Shown here: positions 42,127 to 50,307 of the stretch, one piece after another
Layout of the letters: every line of letters begins with the position of its first letter
Numbering within the stretch: the stretch's first letter is position 1
Source of the DNA: Nitrospirota bacterium
GTDB lineage: Bacteria > Nitrospirota > Nitrospiria > SBBL01 > JAADHI01
DNA length: 64,000 nt
NCBI GenBank assembly: GCA_029261135.1
Contig: JAJDBX010000074.1
Span: 92,235 to 156,234 of the forward strand
Reading direction: 5' to 3'
Program-made: the position numbers and the translations under genes
The notes under the pieces: model-generated
Seen by the model: the letters and a program-made list of their open reading frames with translations, nothing else
Told to the model about the DNA's origin: nothing
Databases searched by the model: none

Positions 42127-43260
42127 TTAGGTTTTTCTATTTTCTGAGTGCAACCACGGTGCAACGGTAGCCTCAGAAGGAGGCGTTGCATCGTCTGCAA
42201 TTGCTTCGACGGCATCTCGTAAGTAACCAGGTGCGAGGTGGGCATATCGGAGGGTCATCCTCAAATTTGAATGACGTAATAGTAGTTGAGCCGCTTCAAT
42301 TCCTTTTCCTGCCATTACAATTCTTGATGCATAATCGTGACGTAGATCATGATATTTAAGATCCTCAATGCCTGTTTCTTTTAATATCTTTCTCCAGGCT
42401 CTTCCAATATTTGCGCCATCAAGAGCTGTCTTGCTTTCAGACAAAAGCACAAATTTTCCTTCACGGGGTAATTTCCAAAGCATATCTTGAACAACCCTAT
42501 TGATCGGAATAAATTTGACCCTGTCATCTGGTTTCTTTGCTTTTCCGTTATAGATTCTTAACTGGTTCAGCGATAAGTCAACGTCAGACCAGAGAAGGTT
42601 TCGGACTTCCCCTTTTCTTAACCCTGATTCACGAGCAAGAAGGCAAGCCGGATAAAGCCAAGAGGGGCCTTGCTTGGCAGCATCTTTGATCTTTATCCAT
42701 TCATCTCCGACAAGGTAACGCACACGTGGAGGAGCATCATCAAGGCTATCTAAATCGGTTGTAGGGTTTGAAGTAGTCATTCCCCATTTTATGGCTTTAT
42801 AAAAAGCAGACTTGATTACCGTTATTTCTCGTTTTACTGTTGAAGGTTGTACGGTCTTGAGTCGGACGGAGATATAATCATCAATAGTTCCCATGCCTAT
42901 TTGATTAAGTGGTTTGTCACTAATAATCTCCAAAAATTGATTTAAAACCTGGTACTCTCTTTTTCCTTGCTTTGCCAGCCGATAACCGTGACGATTCATA
43001 AACACTTCCACCAGTTTGCTCAACCGGGGTGATTTTTGCGGTTGTGGGGTCTGCACCTCCTTTATTTTTCTGTGGAGGATCTCTGAGATCATGGTCTTGG
43101 TGTGAGTTGCTAGCGAGCCGATGGTACCTCGATATCGTTTTCCTCCGCGTTGTGCGGGATATTGGAAATGGTAAGCCCACAAAAGCCCCTTATCTCTCTT
43201 GGCTTGGCTGACCCTGACGGTCACACCCAGTATCTTCAGACTAAATGGCTGTTTTCTCAT
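42127..43260 (-). CDS. tyrosine-type site-specific recombinase (integrase)
   Basis: The track ORF extends to 43341. The ATG at 43260 (MRKQPFSLKILG) has a GGAGG 8 nt upstream and overlaps the upstream stop (ATGA). The catalytic C-terminus is LARESGLRKGE, HDLRHDYASR and LRYAHL. Confidence 0.85.
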   Translation of the reverse strand: MRKQPFSLKILGVTVRVSQAKRDKGLLWAYHFQYPAQRGGKRYRGTIGSLATHTKTMISEILHRKIKEVQTPQPQKSPRLSKLVEVFMNRHGYRLAKQGKREYQVLNQFLEIISDKPLNQIGMGTIDDYISVRLKTVQPSTVKREITVIKSAFYKAIKWGMTTSNPTTDLDSLDDAPPRVRYLVGDEWIKIKDAAKQGPSWLYPACLLARESGLRKGEVRNLLWSDVDLSLNQLRIYNGKAKKPDDRVKFIPINRVVQDMLWKLPREGKFVLLSESKTALDGANIGRAWRKILKETGIEDLKYHDLRHDYASRIVMAGKGIEAAQLLLRHSNLRMTLRYAHLAPGYLRDAVEAIADDATPPSEATVAPWLHSENRKT

Positions 43261-43418
43261 TCTATTTCCTCCACTCTTACTTTTGATATCTTGAGCTGAT
43301 GACCTTCTATTTTGAGTGATACGAAATCGCCGGAATCCCATTTCAATTGATTGATAAGTTCTGGGGGAATAGTGACAACAAGGGTGCCTGAAACAGTGCG
43401 AAGTTTTCTTATGATCAT
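43257..43418 (-). CDS. AbrB/MazE/SpoVT-type DNA-binding protein (53 aa)
   Basis: Below the ORF-track size cut-off. My translation gives MIIRKLRTVSGTLVVTIPPELINQLKWDSGDFVSLKIEGHQLKISKVRVEEIE*, a looped-hinge-helix pattern. Its TGA overlaps the integrase ATG. Confidence 0.6.
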   Translation of the reverse strand: MIIRKLRTVSGTLVVTIPPELINQLKWDSGDFVSLKIEGHQLKISKVRVEEIE

Positions 43419-43505
43419 TTTTTTACCCGAATGGTTTTGAGGTGAATTCTCTTCTTTGTATTCATAAGAAGCATATGAATCATATACATGTCAGCCAAGA
43501 AAGAA

Positions 43506-43718
43506 TCAACATTTTTTTTGCCTCATATGATTTGAAATGTATGCACATATATCGCTTGGTCGGTAACGGACGGCTCGGCCCATCTTAACGGATGGAATAT
43601 CTCCTTTTGCTGTTTTTGCTTTAATGGTGGTCTCTTTCAGAGATAATACCTCTGCCACTTCTGACCGTTTCATCAGAGTGGATCTCTTAAACAGACTTTC
43701 CATTAGTAGATCTTTCAT
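43506..43718 (-). CDS. excisionase/AlpA-like helix-turn-helix protein
   Basis: Internal start MKDLLMESLF... at 43718 overlaps the methyltransferase stop (ATGA). The HTH pattern is MKRSEVAEVLSLKETTIKAKTAKGDIPSVKMGRAVRYRPSDICAYI. Confidence 0.6.
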   Translation of the reverse strand: MKDLLMESLFKRSTLMKRSEVAEVLSLKETTIKAKTAKGDIPSVKMGRAVRYRPSDICAYISNHMRQKKC

Positions 43719-44902
43719 GATTTCTTCGTTTCCTCGAACTTGTCTTTTTGTTTTAATCTTGCCCTTATTATTTTCACATATTCGAGGTCTTTCTCTATGA
43801 GAATGCAATCTCTTCCGGTTCTTTTACAGGCAACCCCCGTTGTTCCACTTCCTCCAAACGGGTCAAGCACAATACCGCCTGTTGGGGTTTTGGTGAGTTT
43901 ACAGAGGTATTCCATGAGCTTGACCGGTTTTACAGTTGGATGATGATTATGATGATTGGCCGTTCCTGACCCGTAGGAGACACTCTCTTTGCCGGTTTTT
44001 GTTTTACGCACCAGTGTTGTTATTTTTTCCTCATATCCCATATTTCTTTCTGTTTTGCTCGCCTTTGCACAATAAAAGAATCTTGAAGCACCACCCCTAC
44101 TCACCTCACTTTGTTGATCTAATATTTTTGCCGCTTCTTCGTCTAAGATGATGTTGGAAGGGAAGCGGCCCAAGCTCTGTGGATATCCCTTCCCTTTTTT
44201 TCTTTGAGCAACTATCGGGACATCACTCTTTTTGTATTCCCCCTGTGTCTGATCTTTTTCTCTTGTATCTATCCTCCCCCCGTCAATATTCAATCCGGCT
44301 ACCCCATGTTTTAAAGCATTTTGGGCGTATGTTCCTTCATTTGATTTTACGGCGACGATGATCGGTTCATATGCGGGTTTCAGACCGTGAGACTTCCACC
44401 CGTTCCAATGTTGGGCTTGAGGGGATGCCGGAGCGGTGATATCAAATCCTTTTTTCCTTGATTGAGTGCTACCCACTCCACCCTTACCGACCCCCATAGT
44501 CTTTCTTTCCACTCCCGCCATTTTATCCAACTGTTTGCTAATATCTGTCGCTTTGGGGAACCCAGATCCGTAGAGCCACATGATGCAGTCTTTGAGAATC
44601 CAACCGGACTCTTCAATATGTAGTGCCATTTTGTGTTGTGTTCTTGAACCGGCAAAACACAGCAGTGTCGTACCCGGTTTTGCGACGCGCAGCATCTCTT
44701 TAAATATCTCAACGCTTGGAACATCGTAATCCCATTTTTTGCCCATAAACGAGAGGCCATAGGGCGGATCAGTAATGATCGTATCAATCGAGTTTCCCTT
44801 CATCTTCCGCATGACTTCCAGACAGTCGCCGCGGGTGACTGTTATGTGTGTTTTATGGATGCTTTGGAGTTTTTTGATTTTTCTTTTCATGTTCTGTTTC
44901 AT
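43715..44902 (-). CDS. DNA methyltransferase, N6-adenine/N4-cytosine (beta-class, PF01555-like)
   Basis: 395 aa. Catalytic motif IITDPPYG comes first, then the SAM motif VLDPFGGSGTTGVA near the C-terminus. Confidence 0.85.
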   Translation of the reverse strand: MKQNMKRKIKKLQSIHKTHITVTRGDCLEVMRKMKGNSIDTIITDPPYGLSFMGKKWDYDVPSVEIFKEMLRVAKPGTTLLCFAGSRTQHKMALHIEESGWILKDCIMWLYGSGFPKATDISKQLDKMAGVERKTMGVGKGGVGSTQSRKKGFDITAPASPQAQHWNGWKSHGLKPAYEPIIVAVKSNEGTYAQNALKHGVAGLNIDGGRIDTREKDQTQGEYKKSDVPIVAQRKKGKGYPQSLGRFPSNIILDEEAAKILDQQSEVSRGGASRFFYCAKASKTERNMGYEEKITTLVRKTKTGKESVSYGSGTANHHNHHPTVKPVKLMEYLCKLTKTPTGGIVLDPFGGSGTTGVACKRTGRDCILIEKDLEYVKIIRARLKQKDKFEETKKS

Positions 44903-44924
44903 GTTGGATGAATCTTGTAAGGGA

Positions 44925-46076
44925 TCATGTATGCCTTCGTATTTTTTTCATTATTTCCTGAACCACGTTTACCGTTACCGCATTCCCTAAAGCCTTATAC
45001 CTCCGTGAGTCACTGACTCCTTTCGTCCACCCGTCCGGGAATCCTTGCAATCGTTCGCATTCGGTCGGTGTGAGCCGTCGGATTTTGGGCGGTTCACCGA
45101 CAAAATGGACATCGGTCGTGTTGTGGTGTTCCGCTATCACGGTTGGCGCGATAAACGGCTGCCTCATACCTCCCTGCATTGTGTTGAGCGTCGGGCTGAT
45201 TCCGCTTGCCCCATATACTCTGTTGTTTGAATGCTTCGGATGATTCATTTGCGCGACCCCAGAATGAGGTCGTCCACACAGCCTCCGCCTCTTTTCAAGG
45301 CGCTCATCACTTCTTTCTTCCGGTGAAATTTTGCTCTGAACCCGTTGCCGTTGCGTTTGTTTCTCCTGTTGTATTCCATCAGCTTTTTCACTCTGGCTTT
45401 GGAGAGGAAATACTTGGGGTCTGGGTGTTCCTCTAAGATGTCCGACAATGAACACCCGCTCCCTGTTTTGGGGGACGCCGAAATTCTTGCTGTTAAGCAC
45501 CTGCCACCCGAGGTCATACCGAAGTTCATCAAGCGTGGAGATGATTGTGTAGAATGTGGCCCCTTGGTCGTGAGATAGAAGCCCTTTGACGTTTTCAAGC
45601 AGTAAAAGGCGTGGTTGTTTTTCCCTGATAATCCGAGCGATTTCAAAAAACATTGTGCCTCTTGTGTCCGCAAATCCCGCCCTTTTTCCGGCAATGGAAA
45701 ATGATTGACAAGGAAATCCTCCGACCAAGAGATCAAAGTCCGGTAATTCTTTTGCGTTGATTTTTGTGATATCGCCATAGTTTTTGTGTGTGAAGTGCCG
45801 TTCATAGATTTGGATTGCGTATGGGTCGATTTCTGAGTAGCCAATACAAGTGAGTCCGTGTGAACAGATGTCAAAGCATTCGCTACATTGTCTTTTCGTA
45901 TTTCCAATTCCTTGTAACCTTTGTTTCGTGTTCTTAATGCACAGCTCTTCATCTGCTTGCTCAATACCGAGTTCAAAACCACCGATGCCGGAAAACAACG
46001 AGAGGTATTTCATCCCTTGCGAATTGGAGGCGTGGTGATTGCGCTCATAGGCGGTTTTTGGGTTATGACGAGTCAT
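44925..46076 (-). CDS. DNA (cytosine-5)-methyltransferase
   Basis: 383 aa. Motif I LFSGIGGFELG, IV GGFPCQSFSIAGKR, VI ENVKGLLS, VIII QNRERVFIVG, IX RRLTPTECERLQGFPDGW and X GNAVTVNV. The variable region looks abnormal (see findings). Confidence 0.8.
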   Translation of the reverse strand: MTRHNPKTAYERNHHASNSQGMKYLSLFSGIGGFELGIEQADEELCIKNTKQRLQGIGNTKRQCSECFDICSHGLTCIGYSEIDPYAIQIYERHFTHKNYGDITKINAKELPDFDLLVGGFPCQSFSIAGKRAGFADTRGTMFFEIARIIREKQPRLLLLENVKGLLSHDQGATFYTIISTLDELRYDLGWQVLNSKNFGVPQNRERVFIVGHLRGTPRPQVFPLQSQSEKADGIQQEKQTQRQRVQSKISPEERSDERLEKRRRLCGRPHSGVAQMNHPKHSNNRVYGASGISPTLNTMQGGMRQPFIAPTVIAEHHNTTDVHFVGEPPKIRRLTPTECERLQGFPDGWTKGVSDSRRYKALGNAVTVNVVQEIMKKIRRHT

Positions 46077-46110
46077 ATAATTTCACTCAGAAACAACAGA
46101 ACGTATTGAT

Positions 46111-49071
46111 TTATCGAATGAAACGGCAGAAATCATAGACCAGCCCCACGGAGACTTTTTGTCTCTCATTTTCTGGGATTTCCTGCTCAATTCGGTCTTG
46201 AATTTCAGTCATTTTCTTTTCTTCTGTCGTGAGCGTGATGACTCGGTGATATCCTGCGTTGAGGCATTTGATAATATTTTGAAGTTCTTGATTAGCTGAT
46301 GTCGTAACAGAAATTTCAACGGCAATTCGCTTACCCTGCTTTTCTATGCCAAGGTCTACCGACTCGCGTCTGCCGGGAATTTGCTCTTCAATAGTCGCTT
46401 TGAAGCCGTTGCTTTCGGCCTGTACATTAAGCACTGACTGCCAGTACCGGTGAAGTTGTCCGCCTTTTCCGCTTAGCGAAACATGTTGCTGAGGAAGGGC
46501 ATCAAAACCCTTTTTGGTGAGGAATAAATACTTGGCTACCCGTGAACCGATTCCGAGGTGGGTTTCCACCTCGGTGAGTAATCCGTTCTCTTTGAGTTTT
46601 CTTTTGAGTCGGTCGCCCATGTAGGCGCTCAAGCTCTGTGCTTTGTACAGCTTTGTCACGGATAAAGTTGGGTTGTTGAATACACATTCTAGAAATGTTT
46701 TTTCCTGGACCAAAAGTGTTTCTATGGATTGGGTTTTCTTTTTTTTAGTGTTTGTGCCAGAGGCGATAGCCGATGTACTGAGCGCCCGTTCTACTTCTTC
46801 CAGTGGTCGGCAGAAATTCTTTCTGGAATGTTTGATGATTTCATCTTTGTAAGATTTCTGCCGGTGTCTCATCTTATGAAGGGACGCGTTGAAAGAATCA
46901 GTTGCCCGTTCCATGCGGATGATGGCCTGTCCGACCGGTAAGTCTTGAAGGTCTTGTGCGGTAAATTGTCCGAGTTGTTTTTGAAGGTAAAGCGCGTCAT
47001 TGACACCGCACCGCAACACAATCAGTGTCCCGATATTTCCCAACAGAGCTGCTGAGATGTCTCTATGGAGATATTCGGTCATCTGTGTCGCCACCACCAG
47101 TGCTACGCGGTATTTTCTGGCTTCAGAAACCAAGCTCGTAATGTTTGCGACATTTGAGCGGGAACCGGCAAAATTTTGGAACTCATCCACGATAAGAGTG
47201 TAGAGTTTTCTTTTGGCTCTGGGGATGGAAGCGCGTGCCATTGTTGCGATCTGAAATTTCGACAAAAGGAAGGAACCGAGCAAAAAAGCTGCGTCTTCAC
47301 CCAAAGCACCCTTGCTGACGTTGGCAATAACTATTTTCCCAGAATTGATCATCTCAAAAAAATCGAGCTTATTTTTCTGAGCAATGATATTTCTCACAAT
47401 GGGATTGTCCACGAATTTTGAGAGCTTATTAATAATCGGATCAATCGCGCCTTTGGGGAGCGCAGAGAATCGGGTCTCCCAAAATGCTCTGATGTCGGGA
47501 TCATCTACCGTTGCAATCACATTCTGTCGATAGTTCGGGTTTAAGAGAAGTCGGGGTATATCTCGAAGAGTTTTCTCGCCGTCCGAATACAACAGCGTAT
47601 TGGTGCAAGATCTCAAAATCCACTCCATCCTTGGCCCCCATCCATCGGCAAAGAACTTTTCAAACGACACGAGCACGTCCGAGCACAACATCTCTTTTTC
47701 CCGCTGGTCTGAGGCATCCAAAATGTTAAAGGCCGGTGGGAAAGAACGATCCGTGAAATTGCAATAGATGGTGTCAGCAAGCCGGTGTTGTGGAATGAGA
47801 GATAAAAATTCTTCTGCGGCATCTCCATTGGGGTCAATGAAGGCGCATCCGTAGCCATTATTTATGATGTTCAAGAAATGAGAAAGAGCGGTGGTCTTGC
47901 CTGTTCCGGTGCCACCAAAGAGGGCGACGTGGCGGGTCAGCCATTCCTCAGAGATTCCGACTTCGGTTTCCACGCCTCTGTGCTGGTTTGTACCTAAAAT
48001 GACCAGACTGTTTTTTGTCGCACGTTTTGGTGCCGGTGCGGAATGCCGCGCGGTTTCGACTTTTTTGGTTAGCGCATCAGCTCCGGGGATATGGGCGAGT
48101 GCAGAAAGCTCCCCGGCGTTTAAGAGCATCCCCGTGGAGCGGTTTGTTCGGGAACGTATGCTTGAAGATGGGTAGGTTTTTTTGAGTGGTATAAACCCAT
48201 TTTCACTTTCATACAGAGTAAAAAAACTCTCCAGTCTGTCTAAGATTGTGTTGGTGGAACCGAAAAGCCGAAGGGAGACTGCAAAGAATGGCTTACTTAC
48301 TTTATGTTCTGCGATTTTTGGAAGATCGGCTATGTCATAGAAAGGAGAACGAGAATTATCAAACTCGTCGCGGGATGCCAGTGCTATGTTATTTTTCCAA
48401 TTCTCTTTCACCGGTGTGAAGAGCACCTGCATTCCTCCACATGCTCCTGTCGGTACACTTTCCAGCGCTCCAATCAGAGAGCGGAAAGGGTCTGTTTTGA
48501 ATTCCGATGTAATGGGAAAGAAATGGGAAGTTTTGAGGCGGTAGCACCTGACAACAAATGGTGAAATAATTTGTGCTTCTTTTAAAAGGTCGGTTGCTGG
48601 ATATACTTCCGATTGCGGAAAATGAGTGAGAGTTTGAGAGATTGCCCCATGCACGTCTTTTACGGGAACTGACAATTGAAACGATATAGTCTCTCTAAAT
48701 GCGATGACCTCAAAGCTCCATATACCTCGCATGGAGAGGGACGCAAGCCACTGCCCCGAGAGATAGGAAGAACCCTTTTCTTCAGAGCTTGGACAAATCC
48801 TTAATGTCTGGAAGGATTGGAAAGTGGCTTTTTCAATAGAAGGTTTCTTTTCAGATTTGTCAAAAAGAAAGTCAAAGAAATGTGGGTGCTTTACCTCATA
48901 GGTAAAGGCAGAAAAAGGAGGCTCAAGCGCTATGGCATAGGGGTAGATGATGGTTCCTCCTTCTCCCCGTTCCATTTCATAAACAACCTTTTGTCGTTGT
49001 TGTTCAAACATATTCATAGCGTTTTCCGTTAAATTAGGATTGTGGTATCGCATCTGGGGCAGACCATCCAT
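46111..49071 (-). CDS. large TraD/VirD4/TrwB-type P-loop ATPase fused to wHTH-like and nuclease-like C-terminal domains
   Basis: 986 aa. Walker A FGGTGTGKTT, Walker B LYTLIVDEFQNF and RKYRVALVVATQ. The ~380-aa N-terminal region carries no motif I recognise. The C-terminus has LKRKLKENGLLTEVETHLGIGSRVAKYLFLTKKG and an E..D..ExS core (IEEQ...ESVDLGIEK...RIAVEISV). Confidence 0.7.
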   Translation of the reverse strand: MDGLPQMRYHNPNLTENAMNMFEQQRQKVVYEMERGEGGTIIYPYAIALEPPFSAFTYEVKHPHFFDFLFDKSEKKPSIEKATFQSFQTLRICPSSEEKGSSYLSGQWLASLSMRGIWSFEVIAFRETISFQLSVPVKDVHGAISQTLTHFPQSEVYPATDLLKEAQIISPFVVRCYRLKTSHFFPITSEFKTDPFRSLIGALESVPTGACGGMQVLFTPVKENWKNNIALASRDEFDNSRSPFYDIADLPKIAEHKVSKPFFAVSLRLFGSTNTILDRLESFFTLYESENGFIPLKKTYPSSSIRSRTNRSTGMLLNAGELSALAHIPGADALTKKVETARHSAPAPKRATKNSLVILGTNQHRGVETEVGISEEWLTRHVALFGGTGTGKTTALSHFLNIINNGYGCAFIDPNGDAAEEFLSLIPQHRLADTIYCNFTDRSFPPAFNILDASDQREKEMLCSDVLVSFEKFFADGWGPRMEWILRSCTNTLLYSDGEKTLRDIPRLLLNPNYRQNVIATVDDPDIRAFWETRFSALPKGAIDPIINKLSKFVDNPIVRNIIAQKNKLDFFEMINSGKIVIANVSKGALGEDAAFLLGSFLLSKFQIATMARASIPRAKRKLYTLIVDEFQNFAGSRSNVANITSLVSEARKYRVALVVATQMTEYLHRDISAALLGNIGTLIVLRCGVNDALYLQKQLGQFTAQDLQDLPVGQAIIRMERATDSFNASLHKMRHRQKSYKDEIIKHSRKNFCRPLEEVERALSTSAIASGTNTKKKKTQSIETLLVQEKTFLECVFNNPTLSVTKLYKAQSLSAYMGDRLKRKLKENGLLTEVETHLGIGSRVAKYLFLTKKGFDALPQQHVSLSGKGGQLHRYWQSVLNVQAESNGFKATIEEQIPGRRESVDLGIEKQGKRIAVEISVTTSANQELQNIIKCLNAGYHRVITLTTEEKKMTEIQDRIEQEIPENERQKVSVGLVYDFCRFIR

Positions 49072-49442
49072 GAGAATATCTTTCCGCAGTTACTACAGGG
49101 GCTGAAGGCGTGTTTCTCGTAATGCGGATTTATCCCGCATGAACATCTATAACGGCTCCTTAGATTCAAAACAAAACCGCACCCGAGACAATACGCGTCG
49201 GAGATGATTAGCTCTTGTAACCAACGCGAAACAGGTATCAGTCGAAAGGTTAGTACATGGAGAACGAAAAGAAATACCACCGCCTCGGCAAGTTGGTTGT
49301 CCTTGATTCGATTAGCTTCAGATGTCCAGACTATGCAGGTAATGAGAATTGCAAGATGGTAAAAAAAAGTGATGATACGCCGCGCTCCCCGTACACTGAA
49401 TATTTGAGGACTGTAACGAGTGGGTTGTTTTTGATATCTCAT
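49029..49442 (-). CDS. membrane protein with two TM helices and a C-terminal double zinc ribbon
   Basis: 137 aa with a GGAGG SD. Hydrophobic segments are IITFFYHLAILITCIVW and AVVFLFVLHVLTF. The C-terminus is CLGCG...CSCG...CSNCG...CPRC. Confidence 0.6.
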   Translation of the reverse strand: MRYQKQPTRYSPQIFSVRGARRIITFFYHLAILITCIVWTSEANRIKDNQLAEAVVFLFVLHVLTFRLIPVSRWLQELIISDAYCLGCGFVLNLRSRYRCSCGINPHYEKHAFSPCSNCGKIFSWMVCPRCDTTILI

Positions 49443-49443
49443 G

Positions 49444-49635
49444 CTAACGCCTCCATCTCATGCGTGGTCTTTGAGTCCTACCGCCACCTGATTTTTGACG
49501 AGTTCTTCCCCAAAGCAATAGAGCCAATCTCTTCACGGAAAAAACCATTGTCCTGTATGCAAGAGGACTCATTTTTTTCAAAACCGTAAGCGGGATGAAC
49601 AAAAAGACAAGCGCTGCTATACAAGTAACTAACAT
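49444..49635 (-). CDS. small single-pass membrane protein with an Arg-rich tail
   Basis: 63 aa. An AGGAGG lies 7 nt upstream of the ATG, inside the NYN gene end. N-terminal TM is MLVTCIAALVFLFIPLTVL. The stop lies 1 nt before the next ATG. Confidence 0.55.
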   Translation of the reverse strand: MLVTCIAALVFLFIPLTVLKKMSPLAYRTMVFSVKRLALLLWGRTRQKSGGGRTQRPRMRWRR

Positions 49636-50225
49636 CGGATTGCCTCCTTAATAGGTCGGAGGCAGTCAAGACCGATTTCAATGTTTGCAGTGATATGTGG
49701 TGAGGTTTTTGCGTTGAGCCGATACGCTGTTGAACCGGCAAGAGACAAGGTCGCAACCTTGCTTTGTGGCCTGATTCGTAAAATTGCTTCTGCGGTATCA
49801 GAAACGAGGTCTCCATCGCCACTTGCAAGAACAACCACGTCATAGTGGGATGAAATTGTGAGCGCTCCTGCGATGAAGCAGAATAGGTTATCGGCATTGC
49901 TTTTCCGCTCAGTGCCTTTATGGGTCTGTACTGTCTGTATGACTTTTGCGTGGGCCGTCCATCCGAGCTTTGAGAACTGTTCGCATCGTGCCGTTTCACG
50001 GGGCGGGTGAGCGAATATAAGGTAGCGAAATGCAGAACCCGTCGCCATGTCAATGGTCTGTCCTAAGCGTTCCCAGGAAATAGAGAAACCGAGATCTCGT
50101 GCTCCCGCATCAATGTTCTGAGCGTCTGAGATCACCAGCACATACTTGTCTCGTATGATTTCCAATGAGCCTGTTTCTTTTGCTATTTCTACGTTTTGCA
50201 TCCGATATTTTGTTTTGTAATTCAT
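49629..50225 (-). CDS. NYN-domain (LabA/DUF88-like, PIN-related) predicted ribonuclease
   Basis: 198 aa. Contains KYVLVISDAQNIDAG and NADNLFCFIAGALTISSHYDVVVLASGDGDLVSDTAEAI, the NYN acidic pattern. Confidence 0.7.
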   Translation of the reverse strand: MNYKTKYRMQNVEIAKETGSLEIIRDKYVLVISDAQNIDAGARDLGFSISWERLGQTIDMATGSAFRYLIFAHPPRETARCEQFSKLGWTAHAKVIQTVQTHKGTERKSNADNLFCFIAGALTISSHYDVVVLASGDGDLVSDTAEAILRIRPQSKVATLSLAGSTAYRLNAKTSPHITANIEIGLDCLRPIKEAIRC

Positions 50226-50268
50226 TGTTGTTCCTTTCTTTTCTTTGTTCTGTGAGGATTTATATAAA

Positions 50269-50298
50269 GGGAGAAGGGTTCTTTCGTTCCCTTCTCCC
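50269..50298 (-). terminator. hairpin plus U-tract between the vWA and NYN genes (terminator or attenuator)
   Basis: GGGAGAAGGG (50269-50278) and CCCTTCTCCC (50289-50298) form a perfect 10-bp stem with a 10-nt loop. The minus-strand transcript continues UUUAUAUAAAU. Confidence 0.45.
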
Positions 50299-50307
50299 TT
50301 CCAGCAT

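Noticed and set aside
45661-47715. Short matches to the tRNA-Gly 3' end (CAAATCCCGC near 45671 and TTTCCCGCT near 47700) considered as a possible attR.
   Set aside because: The matches are only 9-10 nt, lie inside coding sequences, and lack the rest of the T-arm, so they are chance matches.
49478-50053. 191-aa alternative-frame minus ORF across the NYN gene and the 63-aa gene.
   Set aside because: The translation has no motifs and is compositionally odd, whereas the overlapping frames have a NYN signature and strong SD-led starts.
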